This document shows, in pieces, positions 17,236-19,010 of a DNA stretch of 19,010 nt; the first letter of the stretch is position 1; each line of letters begins with the position of its first letter. The DNA is taken from positions 1 to 19,010 of the forward strand of contig JBBRUX010000061.1 in assembly GCA_038247415.1 (NCBI GenBank). Direction: 5' to 3'. The notes beneath the pieces are model-generated. The model did not search any database. It had not been told where the DNA came from and worked only from the letters and a program-made list of their open reading frames with translations. The translations under genes and the position numbers were made by a program. Origin of the DNA: Chitinivibrionales bacterium. Lineage in GTDB: Bacteria; Fibrobacterota; Chitinivibrionia; Chitinivibrionales; WJKA01.

Positions 17236-17695
17236 ATGGCCCCGGCACCGAGAAATCCTGTTCCATGTCTTCCGCTGTCAATTCGATCACTTGAAAATTC
17301 CCGTATGTCGCATCTGTCGATTTTACCGTTTTATAGTTGAACCATAATGGCGTTGTACTGATGATATCTGTATCATTTGACATCCATGTTGAATCGCACA
17401 TGCAAAGGCTGTCAATCAAGCCATATTCAACCTGGCTACGGCAATACTTATGCGCATCGAATTTTTGAAAATGAACGGTTCCATCTCCTCGCAAACAGCG
17501 ATCAGGCGTGGTCGCTTCACCATAGCGTAGTACGGTGTTCCAGACCACGCCGTTGAATGAAGGATTGCGAACCAGCACTTCCGGCGCAATTTTATTGATG
17601 ATGACGACTTCGGGTTCCACCATTTGGCATGAACAAAAAAGCACGCCCGCCAAGACCGCAATCCCGGCGAGCGTTTTGAGTATTGATCTTTTCAT
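17225..17695 (-). CDS. Lipoprotein of unknown function
   Basis: MKRS..LAGVLFCSC lipobox-like signal; 4 Cys in the mature part; C-terminal His. Confidence 0.8.
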   Translation of the reverse strand: MKRSILKTLAGIAVLAGVLFCSCQMVEPEVVIINKIAPEVLVRNPSFNGVVWNTVLRYGEATTPDRCLRGDGTVHFQKFDAHKYCRSQVEYGLIDSLCMCDSTWMSNDTDIISTTPLWFNYKTVKSTDATYGNFQVIELTAEDMEQDFSVPGPYGH

Positions 17696-17703
17696 AAATC
17701 TGA

Positions 17704-18219
17704 TTACTGGCATTGAGGATTCTGCACTCGATCAGTATAAGGTTTAAACCCATATTCCGGCCAGAGCTGAAGAATGCGGTTATAGACCGCTTCGGGAATG
17801 GGCTCCACACCTTCGGGTGGGCACGGACCTTGATGATTCGGTGCGTTGAGAACTATGGTTCGTGTCTGGCCGTCAACAACCTCCTCCTCGACCTTGCTGG
17901 CTATCGGCAGACAATTCTGAGTGCTGCACGCCGTGTCTGCCCAACACGCTACCATAAGCACGTAATCGAGGCCTGGCTCTACCTCTTTGGCAGCACTTGA
18001 ATCCCCAAGGAGAATTTTTCCAAACTCTACCCCGAGATAGCTACATTTAGCTATAGTCCACGGTGGTTTGCGATCCATTGATGCATTGTTGAAATCATTC
18101 TTGATTCGCACCGTTGCTGTTTGTTTTTCCTGTGGGTCAGTGGTGTTGCAGGACATAACAGTCGCACCCGAAACAAAAAGTGCTGAGATGAGGAAATTTT
18201 TGTATTTTGATAAACGCAT
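17704..18219 (-). CDS. Lipoprotein of unknown function, Cys-rich
   Basis: MRLSKYK..ATVMSC lipobox-like signal; 6 further Cys; SD AAGGA. Confidence 0.8.
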   Translation of the reverse strand: MRLSKYKNFLISALFVSGATVMSCNTTDPQEKQTATVRIKNDFNNASMDRKPPWTIAKCSYLGVEFGKILLGDSSAAKEVEPGLDYVLMVACWADTACSTQNCLPIASKVEEEVVDGQTRTIVLNAPNHQGPCPPEGVEPIPEAVYNRILQLWPEYGFKPYTDRVQNPQCQ

Positions 18220-18263
18220 ACCGCTTCCTTTCTTGAAGAGTTGTTTTTTAAACCGACACCATG

Positions 18264-18321
18264 GTGGCACTAAAATAAATATTGTAACACTTTTATGCTA
18301 TCCTTTTTAATATAGTAGCAC
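18264..18321. promoter_or_regulatory. Two tandem NikR operator-like sites overlapping an extended -10 promoter
   Basis: GTGGCA-N15-TAACAC (18264-18290) and ATGCTA-N15-TAGCAC (18295-18321); minus-strand TGtTACAAT at 18289-18281; adjacent to nikR. Confidence 0.72.
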
Positions 18322-18383
18322 GAAATGGCCATTTCAGCCTAATGACTAAGCGGTAATATCAGGTGCAAGAGGGGAAAAAAATG

Positions 18384-18788
18384 TTAATCAATTGCGGAAA
18401 TACTTAGTTCCACCTGTTTAACACCAACCTGAGATTTGAGAGAATTGGCCAGTTTTTCTACATCACGAGCCTTGCCTTTAACAGCGAGAATTTCGAGGCA
18501 GTGATGGTGGTCGAGATGAACATGTTGAGTAGAGATAACCAGCGACTGGAAATCATGCTGGATGTCAAGCAATGTATTGACGAGTTCACGCTTATGATGG
18601 TCATAGGTCATGGTTATCGCTCCGGCCACCGTACCGCCCTCTGCAATAACCTTTTGGGAGAGCTCTTTCCGTATCAAATCACGGATGGCTTCTGACCTGT
18701 TGCGATAATTTTGTTTTTCTATATGACGGTCAAACGCATCGATCAATTGTTTTTCAAGTGAAATGCCGAAACGATAGAGATCATTCAT
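18384..18788 (-). CDS. nikR: Nickel-responsive transcriptional regulator NikR
   Basis: RHH domain RFGISL..NRSEAIRDLIR; Ni site YDHH, HVHLDHHHCLE. Confidence 0.97.
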   Translation of the reverse strand: MNDLYRFGISLEKQLIDAFDRHIEKQNYRNRSEAIRDLIRKELSQKVIAEGGTVAGAITMTYDHHKRELVNTLLDIQHDFQSLVISTQHVHLDHHHCLEILAVKGKARDVEKLANSLKSQVGVKQVELSISAID

Positions 18789-19010
18789 GATAATCCTGCC
18801 TGTTGTTGTTTCTGTAAATTAATCAGCCACAATACTCTGAATAACACGGATAGTCCGACGCATAAAATCGGCGCATCCGGGTTTTTCATGGGTATACCCC
18901 ATATATTGTGTTCACACTGTTCTATAACGTAAACAAGGCTTTGCAGGAGGATATGGGTACAAATCCAATCCGCCACAGTGAAAAAATATTGCCGTTCTGT
19001 AATGAGCCCT

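Noticed and set aside
18785..19010. Minus-strand frame open to the window edge, overlapping the nikR start, with a weak hairpin near 18855-18880
   Set aside because: No recognisable motif; could be a gene tail or non-coding and needs upstream sequence.
1..19010. CRISPR array, tRNA/rRNA, transposase, cobalamin or NiCo riboswitch
   Set aside because: No spaced repeats or recognisable RNA or transposase signatures seen by eye; covariance searches were not run.

Overview
Bacterial (Gram-negative, probably anaerobic) metal-homeostasis island; lineage is not determinable here, but gene style suggests FCB-group/Fibrobacterota-like. Left to right: (1) an integron attC-like site at the edge; (2) a His/CxxC leader ORF whose RAPP ribosome-arrest tail lies in the -1 frame, followed by an outer-membrane beta-barrel, a ZnuA-like binding protein and a ZnuB-like permease with no ATPase; (3) an orange-protein (orp)-like cluster read from two divergent sigma54 promoters. 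Its minus arm has three NifB/NifX-family proteins, a PaaI thioesterase, two MPxGDGTGP (DUF5320-type) proteins, an unlisted ferredoxin with an in-frame TGA, two COG1149 Fe-S ATPases and an MBL hydrolase. Its plus arm has Mrp, GNAT, CGGC protein, peroxiredoxin and a methyltransferase; (4) nikR and a NikR-boxed operon of two related Cys-rich lipoproteins, a TonB-dependent receptor, a non-NikM ECF S component, a methyltransferase and ECF T and A subunits. Family calls come from motif recognition, not database searches.
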